NCBI GenBank assembly: GCA_001770775.1
Contig: MESA01000021.1
Location: 17,852 to 81,851 of the forward strand
Length of the DNA: 64,000 bases
Direction of reading: 5' to 3'
Origin: Burkholderiales bacterium RIFCSPHIGHO2_12_FULL_63_20
Lineage (GTDB): Bacteria; Pseudomonadota; Gammaproteobacteria; Burkholderiales; Burkholderiaceae_C
Shown piece by piece: positions 1 to 9,357 of this stretch; the first letter of the stretch is position 1; each line of letters opens with the position of its first letter. Below the pieces are notes generated by a model. The model had not been told where the DNA came from and did not search any database. It was given only the letters and a program-made list of their open reading frames with translations. The position numbers and the translations under genes are program-made.

Positions 1-1
1 G

Positions 2-517
2 GCAGAGACCGCTGCCGCTGACGTCAAGGGCAACCGCAAGCTCAATCCGGCCGAAAGCTTCGTGCGCAAGCACCAGGCTGCGGCCGATGCCGCCGAGCGG
101 GCCACAGGCATTCCGGCGGCCAACATTCTGGGACAAGCCGCCTTGGAGTCCGGCTGGGGCAAGCGTGAAATTCGCGCCAAAGACGGCAGCAACAGCCACA
201 ACCTGTTCGGCATCAAGGCCACGTCCAACTGGACCGGCAAGGTAGCCGAGGTCACCACCACCGAGTACATCGGAGGCGTGGCCCGCAAGGTTACGGCCAA
301 ATTCCGTGCGTATGACTCGTACGAAGACGCCTTCAAGGACCACGCCCGCCTGCTCAGCCAGAGCCCGCGCTACAGTCAGGCTGTGGCTCAGGCTGACTCT
401 GTGCGGGCGTATGCCCAAGGTCTGCAACGCGGTGGTTATGCCACCGACCCGGCGTATGCCGACAAGCTGACCCAGGTGATCAACACCGCCCTGCGTCTGC
501 AACAGCGCTCGGCTTGA
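2..517 (+). CDS. flgJ: Flagellar rod assembly peptidoglycan hydrolase FlgJ (5'-truncated by window edge)
   Basis: Frame is open from base 2. Glucosaminidase motifs QAALESGWG, NLFGIKA, FRAYDS and GYATDP.YA; lies directly upstream of flgK. Confidence 0.95.
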   Translation, partial: AETAAADVKGNRKLNPAESFVRKHQAAADAAERATGIPAANILGQAALESGWGKREIRAKDGSNSHNLFGIKATSNWTGKVAEVTTTEYIGGVARKVTAKFRAYDSYEDAFKDHARLLSQSPRYSQAVAQADSVRAYAQGLQRGGYATDPAYADKLTQVINTALRLQQRSA

Positions 518-536
518 CGCCTGAGAGGAGACACGC

Positions 537-1949
537 ATGGGATCCGGAATCTACTCATTGGGCACGGGGGCGATGAACGCCGCCCGCGCCATGCTGGACA
601 CCACCGCCCACAACATCAGCAACGTCAACACGCCGGGCTATTCGCGCCAGCGTGTGGAGTTGGCCACGGAAGACGGGCTCTACACGGGTGCCGGCTTCTT
701 CGGCCGCGGCGTTCGCCTGACCACCGTGTCGCGTGCCACCAATGAGGCCCTGTCGAAAGAAGCGAACCTCAATACCGCCGCGTCCGCCTCGGATGCCACC
801 CGTCTGAGCAAGCTGGAGCAACTGGAGAAAGCCTTGCCTCTGGGCGAGGCCGGCCTGGGCTATTCCGCCACACAGCTCCTCAATACCTTCGTCGACGTGT
901 CCAACCAGCCTCTCGACATGTCAGCCCGCCAGGTGGTGCTGGCACGGGCGCAAGAGTGGGTCAGCCGCGTTCACACGGCCGACCAGCAGCTCAACCAGCT
1001 GCAAAACGGCGTGGTGACGGATCTGACGCTCAATGTGGAGCAAATCAACAGCCTGACCAGCAACATCGCCGGGATCAACCAGAGCATTGCGGCCCTCAAA
1101 GGCAGCGGACACGCGCCCAACGACCTGCTGGACCGTCGTGACAAGATGATCAGCGACCTCAACAAGCTGGTGCAGGTCAACGCGGTCGAGGCCGACGATG
1201 GCAGCCTGAGCCTCTTCATGGGCGGTGGGCAACTGCTGGTGCTGAGCAACACGGCTCAAACCCTGTCGGTGGTGCGTGACCTCAACAACAGCGCACTGGG
1301 GCGCGTGGCACTGCAAACCCCGAACCCGGCCGACCCCAGCCAACCCTTCAACCGCATTCTGGACTCGAGCCAGATCACAGGAGGGGCGATTCAGGGCCTG
1401 CTGTCTTTTCAGGATATGGACCTGGCCGCGACACGCCAGGACCTCCAGGATTTCGTCTCAGGCTTCGCGACCGCCGTGGACACGCAGCAATCCGCAGGTT
1501 TGTCGGCCCCCGGCGTAGCGGGCGCCCCCATTTTCGGTGGCGGACCCTACACCCCGACCGACATCACCGTGACCCTGACCGACCCGGCCGGTCTGGCCGC
1601 CTCGGGCACCCCTTTCAGCGCCAGCGACAACGCCAACGCCCGGGCCATGTTGGATCTGCGTGATGACGCCATCATCTCGCTGAACAACCTGCCCCCTTCC
1701 ACCCTGACCGACGCCTACTCTCAGATGATCGGCAACATGGGTGTGCTGGTGCAAACCGGTCGCACTGCGGCCAGCATTTCGAGCACGCTGGAAACCAACT
1801 CCGCACAAATGCTCAGTGCGGAGAGCGGGGTCAATCTGGACGAAGAGGCCTCCCGCCTGATCCAGTTCCAGCAGAGCTATCAGGCCGCCGCCAAAGTGCT
1901 GCAGGTGGCCCAAACGGTGTTTGACACCCTTCTGAACATCTCCCGTTAA
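537..1949 (+). CDS. flgK: Flagellar hook-associated protein 1 FlgK (470 aa)
   Basis: N-terminal HNISNVNTPGYSRQR, central PNDLLDRRD and C-terminal SGVNLDEEASRLIQFQQSYQAAAKV; GAGGAG RBS. Confidence 0.96.
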   Translation: MGSGIYSLGTGAMNAARAMLDTTAHNISNVNTPGYSRQRVELATEDGLYTGAGFFGRGVRLTTVSRATNEALSKEANLNTAASASDATRLSKLEQLEKALPLGEAGLGYSATQLLNTFVDVSNQPLDMSARQVVLARAQEWVSRVHTADQQLNQLQNGVVTDLTLNVEQINSLTSNIAGINQSIAALKGSGHAPNDLLDRRDKMISDLNKLVQVNAVEADDGSLSLFMGGGQLLVLSNTAQTLSVVRDLNNSALGRVALQTPNPADPSQPFNRILDSSQITGGAIQGLLSFQDMDLAATRQDLQDFVSGFATAVDTQQSAGLSAPGVAGAPIFGGGPYTPTDITVTLTDPAGLAASGTPFSASDNANARAMLDLRDDAIISLNNLPPSTLTDAYSQMIGNMGVLVQTGRTAASISSTLETNSAQMLSAESGVNLDEEASRLIQFQQSYQAAAKVLQVAQTVFDTLLNISR

Positions 1950-1960
1950 GGACCGTGATC

Positions 1961-2893
1961 ATGCGACTCTCCACGGCTTTCCGCTACGAACAATCGATTT
2001 CCAACCTGCAACAGCGTCAGCAGGAGCTCAGCACGGCCCAGATGCAGCTGACTTCGGGCAAGCGCGTGAACGCCGCCAGCGACGATCCGACCGCCGCCGC
2101 ACGGGCCGAGCGCGCCTTGGCCTCGATGGCACGCTCCGACGCAGACCTGCGCGCAGTGCAGGCCAGTCGCAATGCCATGACGCTGGCTGAATCTGGTCTG
2201 GGCAATGCCATCGATCTGATGCAGACCGCCCGCGAAACCGTCGTAGCCGCAGGAAATGGCGCATATTCTCAGAACGAGCGCAACGCCCTCACGGCCAAGC
2301 TGCGCGAAATCCGCAAGCAAATGGTGTCGGTGGCCAATTTGCCCGATGGTGGCGGCGGATACGTCTTTGGCGGCAAGGGGTCGACCAGCGCGCCCTTCTC
2401 GGATGACACCACACTCACCCCTCCCGAGGTCGTCTTCAATGGCAGCCCGGGCCAGGTTCTGGCCGCATCCACAGAAGAGATCAACCTGACCATGAACGGT
2501 GAGGCCATCTGGATGAACATCACGCGTGACCTGGGCAACGGCACCACCGAGACTTTCAGCGCCTTTGATGCCCTGGACAGTGCCATCGCCGATCTGGAGT
2601 CTGGGTCCAACCCCAGCGGAGCCGTCACCACCGGGCTGGCTCGCATGGACCGCGTGCTGGGCCAATTCCAGACCGCCCGCTCCCAAGCTGGCGAAATGCT
2701 CAACCGTCTGGACGGCATCGAATCGCGTCTGGCCGACGGCAAGCTGGCCGCCCAGAACGAAAAATCCAACGCCGAGGATCTGGACATGGTGCGGGCCATT
2801 TCCGAGTTTCAAAACAAGCAAACCGGGTACGAAGCCGCACTTCAGAGCTACGCATCGATTCAGAAAATGTCGCTGTTCCAGTACATTAGCTGA
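1961..2893 (+). CDS. flgL: Flagellar hook-associated protein 3 FlgL
   Basis: QLTSGKRVNAASDDP and EDLDMVRAISE...YEAALQS flagellin-like termini; follows flgK. ATG 1961 chosen from AAGGA RBS spacing. Confidence 0.95.
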   Translation: MRLSTAFRYEQSISNLQQRQQELSTAQMQLTSGKRVNAASDDPTAAARAERALASMARSDADLRAVQASRNAMTLAESGLGNAIDLMQTARETVVAAGNGAYSQNERNALTAKLREIRKQMVSVANLPDGGGGYVFGGKGSTSAPFSDDTTLTPPEVVFNGSPGQVLAASTEEINLTMNGEAIWMNITRDLGNGTTETFSAFDALDSAIADLESGSNPSGAVTTGLARMDRVLGQFQTARSQAGEMLNRLDGIESRLADGKLAAQNEKSNAEDLDMVRAISEFQNKQTGYEAALQSYASIQKMSLFQYIS

Positions 2894-2919
2894 AACATGT
2901 TCCCCGCTGCGACGCTTCC

Positions 2920-4128
2920 ATGAACCATCCCATTCTGGGTCAGACCGCCCTCGCCTACAGCCCTGTCATCGACCGCAACCGCACCGTCATCGCCACGCGC
3001 CTGACGGTGATGCCGCTGACCCAGGGGTCTGCGCCGGACGCCTCGGCACTGCTGGCCGCGCTCGCGGAAACCTGGCCGGAAGGGGGGCAGCAGTTGTGGC
3101 TGAACGTGCTCAGCGAGAGCCTGCTGCAAGATCTGCTGCAAACCGACGTTCCGGCGCACATTTACATCGAAGTGCCCGCTTTCATGGCCCTCGATAGCGC
3201 CAACAGCGAAGCGCTGCTCACCTTGCACAGCCGTGGCAACACCCTGTTGCTCAAGGGCCGCCCGCTGCAGGAATTGCCGCGCGAGATCCTGCCCTGCTTC
3301 AAGCACGCCATCATCGACTACACCGATGACCGCCGCATCCAGCAAGGCAACCCGAATCTGCCCAGCACCGCGCCCGAAGGCACGGTTCGCAGCATCAGCC
3401 ACGTTCAGGCAGGCATCACCAGCATCGAAGAGATGGAGCTGTCGTTCCGCAAGGGTGCACTGGCCGTGCTCGGCTGGCCCATCGACAACGTCATCGACCA
3501 GTCCAGCAAGCCCGCCGACCAGCCTGCGCTGCAAGTCATCGTGCAGCTGATCGACCAGCTGCACCGTGGCGAAGACATCGACGACCTCGAAAACACCCTC
3601 AAGCGCGATCCGCCCCTGGCCTTCAAGCTGATGCGTTACATCAACTCGCCGGCCTTCGGCCTGTCGGTAGAGATCAGCTCGTTCCGCCACGCCATCATGA
3701 TTCTGGGCTACCAGCGCCTCAAACGCTGGCTGGCCCTGCTGCTGGCCACCGCCAGCAAGGACCCGAACATGCGCCCGGTGATGTTTGCCGCCGTGCGCCG
3801 GGGCCTGCTGATGGAAGAGCTCGCCAAGATCAGCGGCGACGACGAAATGCGCAACGAGCTGTTCATCTGCGGCGTGTTCTCCCTGCTCGACCGCATGTTC
3901 CGTCAGCCCTTCAGCGAGCTGCTCAAGACCATCCCGGTGCCCGAGCGTGTCTACCAGGCCCTGGCTGACCAGTCCGGCCCCTACGAGCCCTATTTCGAGC
4001 TGGTGCAGGCCATCGAGGCCGGCATCATCTACGACATCAAGGAAGTCGCCGACAAGCTGTTGCTGACCTTCCCCGACCTGAACGGCGCCATCCTGAAAGC
4101 CATGAGCAACGCCGCCCAGCTGGACTGA
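2920..4128 (+). CDS. EAL-like/HDOD domain signalling protein (YuxH/CdgJ-like architecture, EAL appears degenerate)
   Basis: C-terminal HDOD signature KRDPPLAFKLMRYINSPAFGL...HAIMILG and FICGVFSLLD; N-terminal region has no EAL/EXL catalytic motif. Confidence 0.8.
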   Translation: MNHPILGQTALAYSPVIDRNRTVIATRLTVMPLTQGSAPDASALLAALAETWPEGGQQLWLNVLSESLLQDLLQTDVPAHIYIEVPAFMALDSANSEALLTLHSRGNTLLLKGRPLQELPREILPCFKHAIIDYTDDRRIQQGNPNLPSTAPEGTVRSISHVQAGITSIEEMELSFRKGALAVLGWPIDNVIDQSSKPADQPALQVIVQLIDQLHRGEDIDDLENTLKRDPPLAFKLMRYINSPAFGLSVEISSFRHAIMILGYQRLKRWLALLLATASKDPNMRPVMFAAVRRGLLMEELAKISGDDEMRNELFICGVFSLLDRMFRQPFSELLKTIPVPERVYQALADQSGPYEPYFELVQAIEAGIIYDIKEVADKLLLTFPDLNGAILKAMSNAAQLD

Positions 4129-4153
4129 GCCCGCTCGTCGCCTAAGATGCGGC

Positions 4154-5185
4154 ATGCACGCCGCCGACACCCCTTACGCCGACCTCACGCCTGACCTCGT
4201 CCTCGACACCCTCGAAGCCTTCGGGCAGGCGGTGGACGGTCGGATGCTGCAGCTGAACTCCTACGAAAACCGCGTCTTCCAGGTCGGTGTGGACGATGGC
4301 GGTTTCGTGGTGGCCAAGTTCTACCGCCCGGGCCGCTGGAGCGACGCGCAAATCCTGGAGGAGCACACCTTCACGCAGGCCCTGGCCGATGCCGAGGTGC
4401 CCGCCGTGCCCCCGCTCACCCTGACGGACACCGGCACCGAAGGTGCGCAACTGCTCGGCACGCCCCCCACCCTGGGCGCCTTCCGTGGGCACCGCGTGGC
4501 CGTCGCCCCCCGCCGTGGCGGGCGCGCCCCCGAACTCGAAGACCCGGACGTGCTGCGCTGGCTCGGACGCTTTCTGGCACGGATGCACACCGTGGGTGCC
4601 GAGCAGCCCTTCACCCACCGCCTGCGTCTGGACGTGGACCAGACGGGGCGCAGTGCCCGCGATTGGCTGGTCACGAACGACATCCTGCCGCCCGACCAGG
4701 CCCCCCGCTGGCTCAGCGCCGCCGACCAGGCACTCGACCTGGCGCAAGCCGCTTTCGACCGCATTCCCGACCTGCGCTACCGGCGCGTACACGGTGACTG
4801 CCACCCCGGCAACGTGCTGTGGACGCCCGATGGGCCGCACTTTGTCGATCTGGACGACGCCTGCATGGCCCCAGCCGTGCAAGACTTCTGGATGCTGCTG
4901 AGCGGCAACGAGGCCGACCGCCGAGGCCAGCTCGACGCCCTGCTTGATGGCTATGAAACCGTCGCCGAGTTCGACTGGCGCGAGCTGCGTCTGATCGAAC
5001 CCCTGCGCACCTTGCGCATCTTGCACCACAGCGCCTGGCTGGCGCGCCGCTGGGCCGACCCAGCCTTCCCCGCGGCTTTCCCGTGGTTTGGCAGTGGCAA
5101 CTACTGGCAACAGCAAACCGACTTGCTGCATCAACAAATCGAGCTGCTTCAGGCCCCCACCGACCAGCCCGCCTGGCTGTCGTGA
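4154..5185 (+). CDS. srkA: Stress response Ser/Thr protein kinase SrkA (RdoA/YihE family)
   Basis: LNSYENRVFQ, VAKFYRPGRWS..QILEEH, catalytic HGDCHPGNVL, DLDD and PAVQDFWMLL, DPAFPAAFPWF. Confidence 0.93.
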   Translation: MHAADTPYADLTPDLVLDTLEAFGQAVDGRMLQLNSYENRVFQVGVDDGGFVVAKFYRPGRWSDAQILEEHTFTQALADAEVPAVPPLTLTDTGTEGAQLLGTPPTLGAFRGHRVAVAPRRGGRAPELEDPDVLRWLGRFLARMHTVGAEQPFTHRLRLDVDQTGRSARDWLVTNDILPPDQAPRWLSAADQALDLAQAAFDRIPDLRYRRVHGDCHPGNVLWTPDGPHFVDLDDACMAPAVQDFWMLLSGNEADRRGQLDALLDGYETVAEFDWRELRLIEPLRTLRILHHSAWLARRWADPAFPAAFPWFGSGNYWQQQTDLLHQQIELLQAPTDQPAWLS

Positions 5186-5293
5186 AACGAGTTTCGGCGC
5201 CCGTGACATAGTCCCGCGCCACCTCATCCCCCGCATCCACACGACCCGTGGTCGGGTGTAAGGTAATGGCTTGAGTTACCAGGAGATGAGTGG

Positions 5294-5746
5294 ATGAGTG
5301 TGGCGACTGCCCAATCCAACAGCACCCGCAGCGTGTGGATCCTGATCCTTGCCGGAAGCGCCTTGATTGCTACCTTGGCCTTGGTCACGTGGGGCTGGCA
5401 GAGGTACGTGCATGCACCGGATGAGGTCGCACGCCCCGTCCCCATCTACCTGAGCATCGACAAGATCGAGACCAAGATGTCCGATGGCAGCGTGCTGGCC
5501 TTCAAGTTCGGCCTCAAACTGCAGAACGCGAAAGACCAGAAGGTGCTGGGCCCCTACGCACCGGCGTTTCGCAACATGGTCGAGACGATGACCACCGAAC
5601 TGAGCCACGAAGACCTCTCCCGTCCGGACAGCATGACCGAAATGGGGGGGTACATTCAGTACACGCTCAACGACTACCTCACGCAACAAGGCCTGCCTCA
5701 GCGCATCGATGGCGTCTTGTTTGAGGACTGGCTGCTGCTGATGTGA
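5294..5746 (+). CDS. fliL: FliL-family single-pass membrane protein
   Basis: One N-terminal hydrophobic helix, then a FliL-like pattern (PIYLSID...LAFKFGLKL...IDGVLFEDWLL); AGGAG RBS 8 nt upstream. Confidence 0.65.
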   Translation: MSVATAQSNSTRSVWILILAGSALIATLALVTWGWQRYVHAPDEVARPVPIYLSIDKIETKMSDGSVLAFKFGLKLQNAKDQKVLGPYAPAFRNMVETMTTELSHEDLSRPDSMTEMGGYIQYTLNDYLTQQGLPQRIDGVLFEDWLLLM

Positions 5747-5749
5747 AAC

Positions 5750-6388
5750 TCAGCCCTTGGCGCTGACCGTCACCTTGGTCTTGCGGGCCACCGGCTTGCG
5801 CGTCTTGGCTGCAGCCGGCTTGCGTGACAGGCGACGACTGATGTCGTCGGAATCGATCCAGTAATCCGCCCCTTTGAGAATGCGGTCCACCTCGTCGTCC
5901 GACAGGAAGGGGGTGCAGATGCGCCGCATCACCTTCTCGAACCAGCGTCCCACCGCCGCGATCTCGGCCTGCTGCTCGTTGCCCTTGCCCGCGAAGATGC
6001 CGGAGTAGGTGTGGAACATGAGCTGGCAGTTGTCATGCACGAACAGCTCGTCGCCACTCAGGAAGATCAGCGCAGCCATCGAGTAAGCGCGCGCCTCCAG
6101 GATCGTGACCACCCGCGCGCTGGATGCCGCGATGTTGTTGATGATCTGCAGGCCGGTGTTGAAGTCACCGCCTGGCGAGTTCAGATGGAGGTAGATCAGG
6201 TCGGTTTCGCTGGCCGTGCGCAGCGTGAAGAACAGCTCGGTGTAGTACTGGGGCTCTTTCAGCTCGCCGCAGATGTAGTACGACACCTGCCGCACCGGCA
6301 CCTGGCGCTCGTAGCGCAACAGCCCCTGAAACGGCACGACATCGCCGTCGCTCTCATCCTCATCTTCGCGTCGTGTGGCAACTGGCAA
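5750..6388 (-). CDS. ClpP-like (S14-type) serine protease, divergent
   Basis: LHLNSPGG, catalytic Ser context AYSMAALIFLSG, His context LMFH and Asp context GADYWI. TTG 6388 has AAGGAG 6 nt upstream (ORF track starts at TTG 6406). Confidence 0.85.
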   Translation of the reverse strand: MPVATRREDEDESDGDVVPFQGLLRYERQVPVRQVSYYICGELKEPQYYTELFFTLRTASETDLIYLHLNSPGGDFNTGLQIINNIAASSARVVTILEARAYSMAALIFLSGDELFVHDNCQLMFHTYSGIFAGKGNEQQAEIAAVGRWFEKVMRRICTPFLSDDEVDRILKGADYWIDSDDISRRLSRKPAAAKTRKPVARKTKVTVSAKG

Positions 6389-6418
6389 GGCACGCTCCTT
6401 CGTCAATAGACTTGACCA

Positions 6419-8008
6419 TTATGCGCAGGCTGCTTCACCAAACTGTTGCTCGGCCAGGACAATGGTCTGGCGCCCAGCCTCCTTGGCACGGTACATGGCC
6501 GAATCCGCCTGCTGCAACAAGCGTTCTTCACGACCGGTCTCGCTGTGGAACAAAACCAGGCCAATGCTCGCACCACATCTGTGGGTCACCGTCCGAACAC
6601 TGCCATCGTGTTGAGGCAGGAGCAGGTGATAGGGCTCGGACAAGGTGTGCAACACCTTGTCAGCCAAGCCCCGCGCCTGGGCCAAAGAGGTCAACCGATC
6701 CTCGTGCAGGTCGGCCAGCATCACGACAAACTCGTCTCCGCCAAAACGGGCCACAGTGTCGGTTTCGCGCACGCAACGCATCAGGCGCTGCGCGACCTCG
6801 ATCAGCACCAGATCGCCGGCAACGTGGCCGTGGGCATCATTCACGGGCTTGAAGTTGTCCAGATCCAAGAACATCAACGCGCCATACCGGGGCACGCGCT
6901 TGTGGTTCGCCAGCGCCTGCTTGAGTCGGTCACACATCAGCACCCGGTTGGGCAGCTGTGTCAGGCTGTCGTGATAGGCCAGGGAGCGGATCTGGTTTTC
7001 CATCTCGACACGGTCCTGAATGTCGGTGAGGAAGTTGAGCGTGGCAGGATGCCCCTCCCAAACAAAGTGCGTGCCACTGATCTCGAACCAGCGTGTGCCG
7101 CGGTCATGGGTGAGCACACGCAAGGGGTACTTCAATCCCTGTGCCAGGCCCTGCACACGCAATTGGTAGGCCTCAGCAACCTTGGCACGGTCGTCTTCGT
7201 GCACGAACTGCAACAGGTTCTGGCCCAGCACATCCTCCTCAGCGAAGCCCAACAAGGACAACAGCATGGGGTTGGCAAACTTCATTCGCCCTCCCTGAAC
7301 CACCACAATGCCTTCACTGGCGTTCTCCACCAGCAAGCGGTAGTTGTTGCGACTCAGGGACAGCGCCTGGGCGAGCCTCTCTTCACTCATCAGCACCACG
7401 CCCAGCACCAGCAGCGACATGCCCAGCAAGGCCGCCAGAAGGGTGAGCGACTGCACAACGTTGGAAGCGTTCCAAGACAGCGCCGGCGGGTGATCGGTGA
7501 GCGCAGCAAGCAGTCGCAACAAAAAAATCGACAGCACCAGCAGCACCCCGGTGAGCGTGATGCGGCGCCCCCGACCCGGAAGCACCGGATGCGGGCGACA
7601 CAACAACCATACCAAGGCCACGCACAGTCCGCCGTACACCAGACAGCCCAAGATCACGCGGAAAGCCACGTCGGCCGGCGACGGAAAGAAGGCGTAAACC
7701 ACAGGTAGCGCCATGAGCGGTGCCCACCACCAACGCCAAGCCTGCACTGCGCGGAGGTCGAGGAAGATCTCGACAATCAACACCAGACAAGCCAACAAAG
7801 CGGCATTGCCCAACACAACCGGAACGAAGAGCGGCGCCTTACCGGTGAAGGCAAAGCAAACATAGGCCACCCCGTGCAGGGCCATGGCCAAGGCGCACCA
7901 CAGCAGGTCTTTCTTGCGAGGCATGGCCACGTAGGCCAAAGCCATCGCCCAGCCGAAACTGACAATGACCACCACCGGCACGAGCGTCGAGACATTCAGC
8001 CCGGTCAT
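6419..8008 (-). CDS. Membrane-bound PAS-GGDEF diguanylate cyclase
   Basis: About 7 hydrophobic helices, PAS (LLVENASEGIVVVQ...FVHEDDR), DLDNFKPVND, intact GGDEF with RETD I-site. ATG 8008 overlaps the upstream stop (ATGA). Confidence 0.9.
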   Translation of the reverse strand: MTGLNVSTLVPVVVIVSFGWAMALAYVAMPRKKDLLWCALAMALHGVAYVCFAFTGKAPLFVPVVLGNAALLACLVLIVEIFLDLRAVQAWRWWWAPLMALPVVYAFFPSPADVAFRVILGCLVYGGLCVALVWLLCRPHPVLPGRGRRITLTGVLLVLSIFLLRLLAALTDHPPALSWNASNVVQSLTLLAALLGMSLLVLGVVLMSEERLAQALSLSRNNYRLLVENASEGIVVVQGGRMKFANPMLLSLLGFAEEDVLGQNLLQFVHEDDRAKVAEAYQLRVQGLAQGLKYPLRVLTHDRGTRWFEISGTHFVWEGHPATLNFLTDIQDRVEMENQIRSLAYHDSLTQLPNRVLMCDRLKQALANHKRVPRYGALMFLDLDNFKPVNDAHGHVAGDLVLIEVAQRLMRCVRETDTVARFGGDEFVVMLADLHEDRLTSLAQARGLADKVLHTLSEPYHLLLPQHDGSVRTVTHRCGASIGLVLFHSETGREERLLQQADSAMYRAKEAGRQTIVLAEQQFGEAACA

Positions 8009-9357
8009 GGTAGCGCGCTCCAGGCCCACAGAGATACCACTGCGATGCACACCAAGTCCAGCGCGCCACCTGCTCGCAGCATGTCGGCCTGCGGCACCCG
8101 CCCCGTGCCGAACACCAGGGCATTGGGCGGCGTCGCCACCGGCAAGGCAAAGCCGCACGATGCGGCCAGAGCCACCGTGATCACCAACACGTCCTGTGGC
8201 AGGCCCATGCGTGCGGCAATGGCAGCGAACACCGGAATCAACAAGGCGGCTGCCGCGGTGTTGCTGGCGAACTCGCTCAACAGCACCATGAAGGCAGACA
8301 CGGCCAGCAACATCAGGACTGGGTTGCTGCCCTCCAGCCCCTGCGCCACCTGTGTGCCCAAGACCTGCGAGGCACCAGACGTACCCAGCAGCTCCCCCAG
8401 CGCCAGACCGCCCCCGAACAACAGCAACACCCCCCAGTCGGTCTGCTCGGACAACTGTGACCACGATGCAAGCCCCAGCCAGACCACCGCCACCAACGCC
8501 GCGAGGGCAAAGAAGGTATCGGGGCTCTGGATGCCCAGGGCCTGCAAGCGGGGACCTCCCAGCGTCCAGCCCAGGCCCGTCAACCCGAACACCAGCAGGG
8601 TCAGGACGCGGTCCCGGGTCCAGGGCACCACCTCGGACGTGATCGGGATGCGCTGGTTGAGCCGGGGGCGAAGCACCAGCCACAGGGTCACCACCATCAA
8701 GGGCATCAGCACGCCGACCAAGGGCAGGCCGATGCGCAACCAGCCCGCGAAATCCACACCAGCGGCCCGCGCCGCCAGCGCATTGGGTGGCGAGCCCACC
8801 AGGGTGCCCAGCCCACCCAGGCTGGCGGCATAGGCCACGCCCAGCAAAACGAAGGTATGGGTGCGACGGTCGCGCGACGGATCGACGGCACGCAACACGC
8901 CCAGGGTCAGCGGCAACATCATGGCCGCCGTGGCCGTGTTGCTGATGCCCATGGAGAGCAGCGCCGTGGCCGCAAACAACAAGCCCACCGCCGCGCCCAG
9001 ATGCCCGCGCGAGAGGGCAAGCAGGGCCACCGCCATCTTGCGGTCGAGTTGCTGCACCCGCAAGGCAGCCGCCAGGGCGAAGCCACCCAGGAACAGAAAC
9101 ACGATGGGGTCGGCAAAGGGCGCCAGCGCCTTCTGCGTGGTCAGTCCCTCAAAGCCCAGGAGCAAGGCACCCAGGGGCACCATCAAGGCCACCACTGCCA
9201 GGGGCAGCGCCTCGGTCAGCCAGAGCACCCCGATGAACACGGTGAGGCTCAGGCTCTTGCGAACGTCATCCGCGAAAGGCAGCCACGCGTACAGGGTGGC
9301 CGACAAGGCCAGCGCACCCAGCATGATCATCGCTGAGCGTGCGCTGGCGCCGAACAT
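8005..9357 (-). CDS. DASS/SLC13 family sodium:dicarboxylate (divalent anion) symporter
   Basis: WLTEALP, FLFLGGF, two SNT motifs (ISNTAT, ASNTAA), GSPPN and LPVATPPNA; highly hydrophobic. Start may instead be ATG 9330. Confidence 0.9.
   Translation of the reverse strand: MFGASARSAMIMLGALALSATLYAWLPFADDVRKSLSLTVFIGVLWLTEALPLAVVALMVPLGALLLGFEGLTTQKALAPFADPIVFLFLGGFALAAALRVQQLDRKMAVALLALSRGHLGAAVGLLFAATALLSMGISNTATAAMMLPLTLGVLRAVDPSRDRRTHTFVLLGVAYAASLGGLGTLVGSPPNALAARAAGVDFAGWLRIGLPLVGVLMPLMVVTLWLVLRPRLNQRIPITSEVVPWTRDRVLTLLVFGLTGLGWTLGGPRLQALGIQSPDTFFALAALVAVVWLGLASWSQLSEQTDWGVLLLFGGGLALGELLGTSGASQVLGTQVAQGLEGSNPVLMLLAVSAFMVLLSEFASNTAAAALLIPVFAAIAARMGLPQDVLVITVALAASCGFALPVATPPNALVFGTGRVPQADMLRAGGALDLVCIAVVSLWAWSALP

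Noticed and set aside
5286-5297. Mini-ORF ATG-AGT-GGA-TGA overlapping the fliL start
   Set aside because: The AGGAG RBS abuts this ATG with zero spacing but is optimally spaced for ATG 5294; probably incidental.
8009-8683. 225-aa N-terminal extension of the GGDEF ORF in the ORF track
   Set aside because: It overlaps the DASS transporter in another frame and is low-complexity. ATG 8008 gives a clean ATGA coupling.
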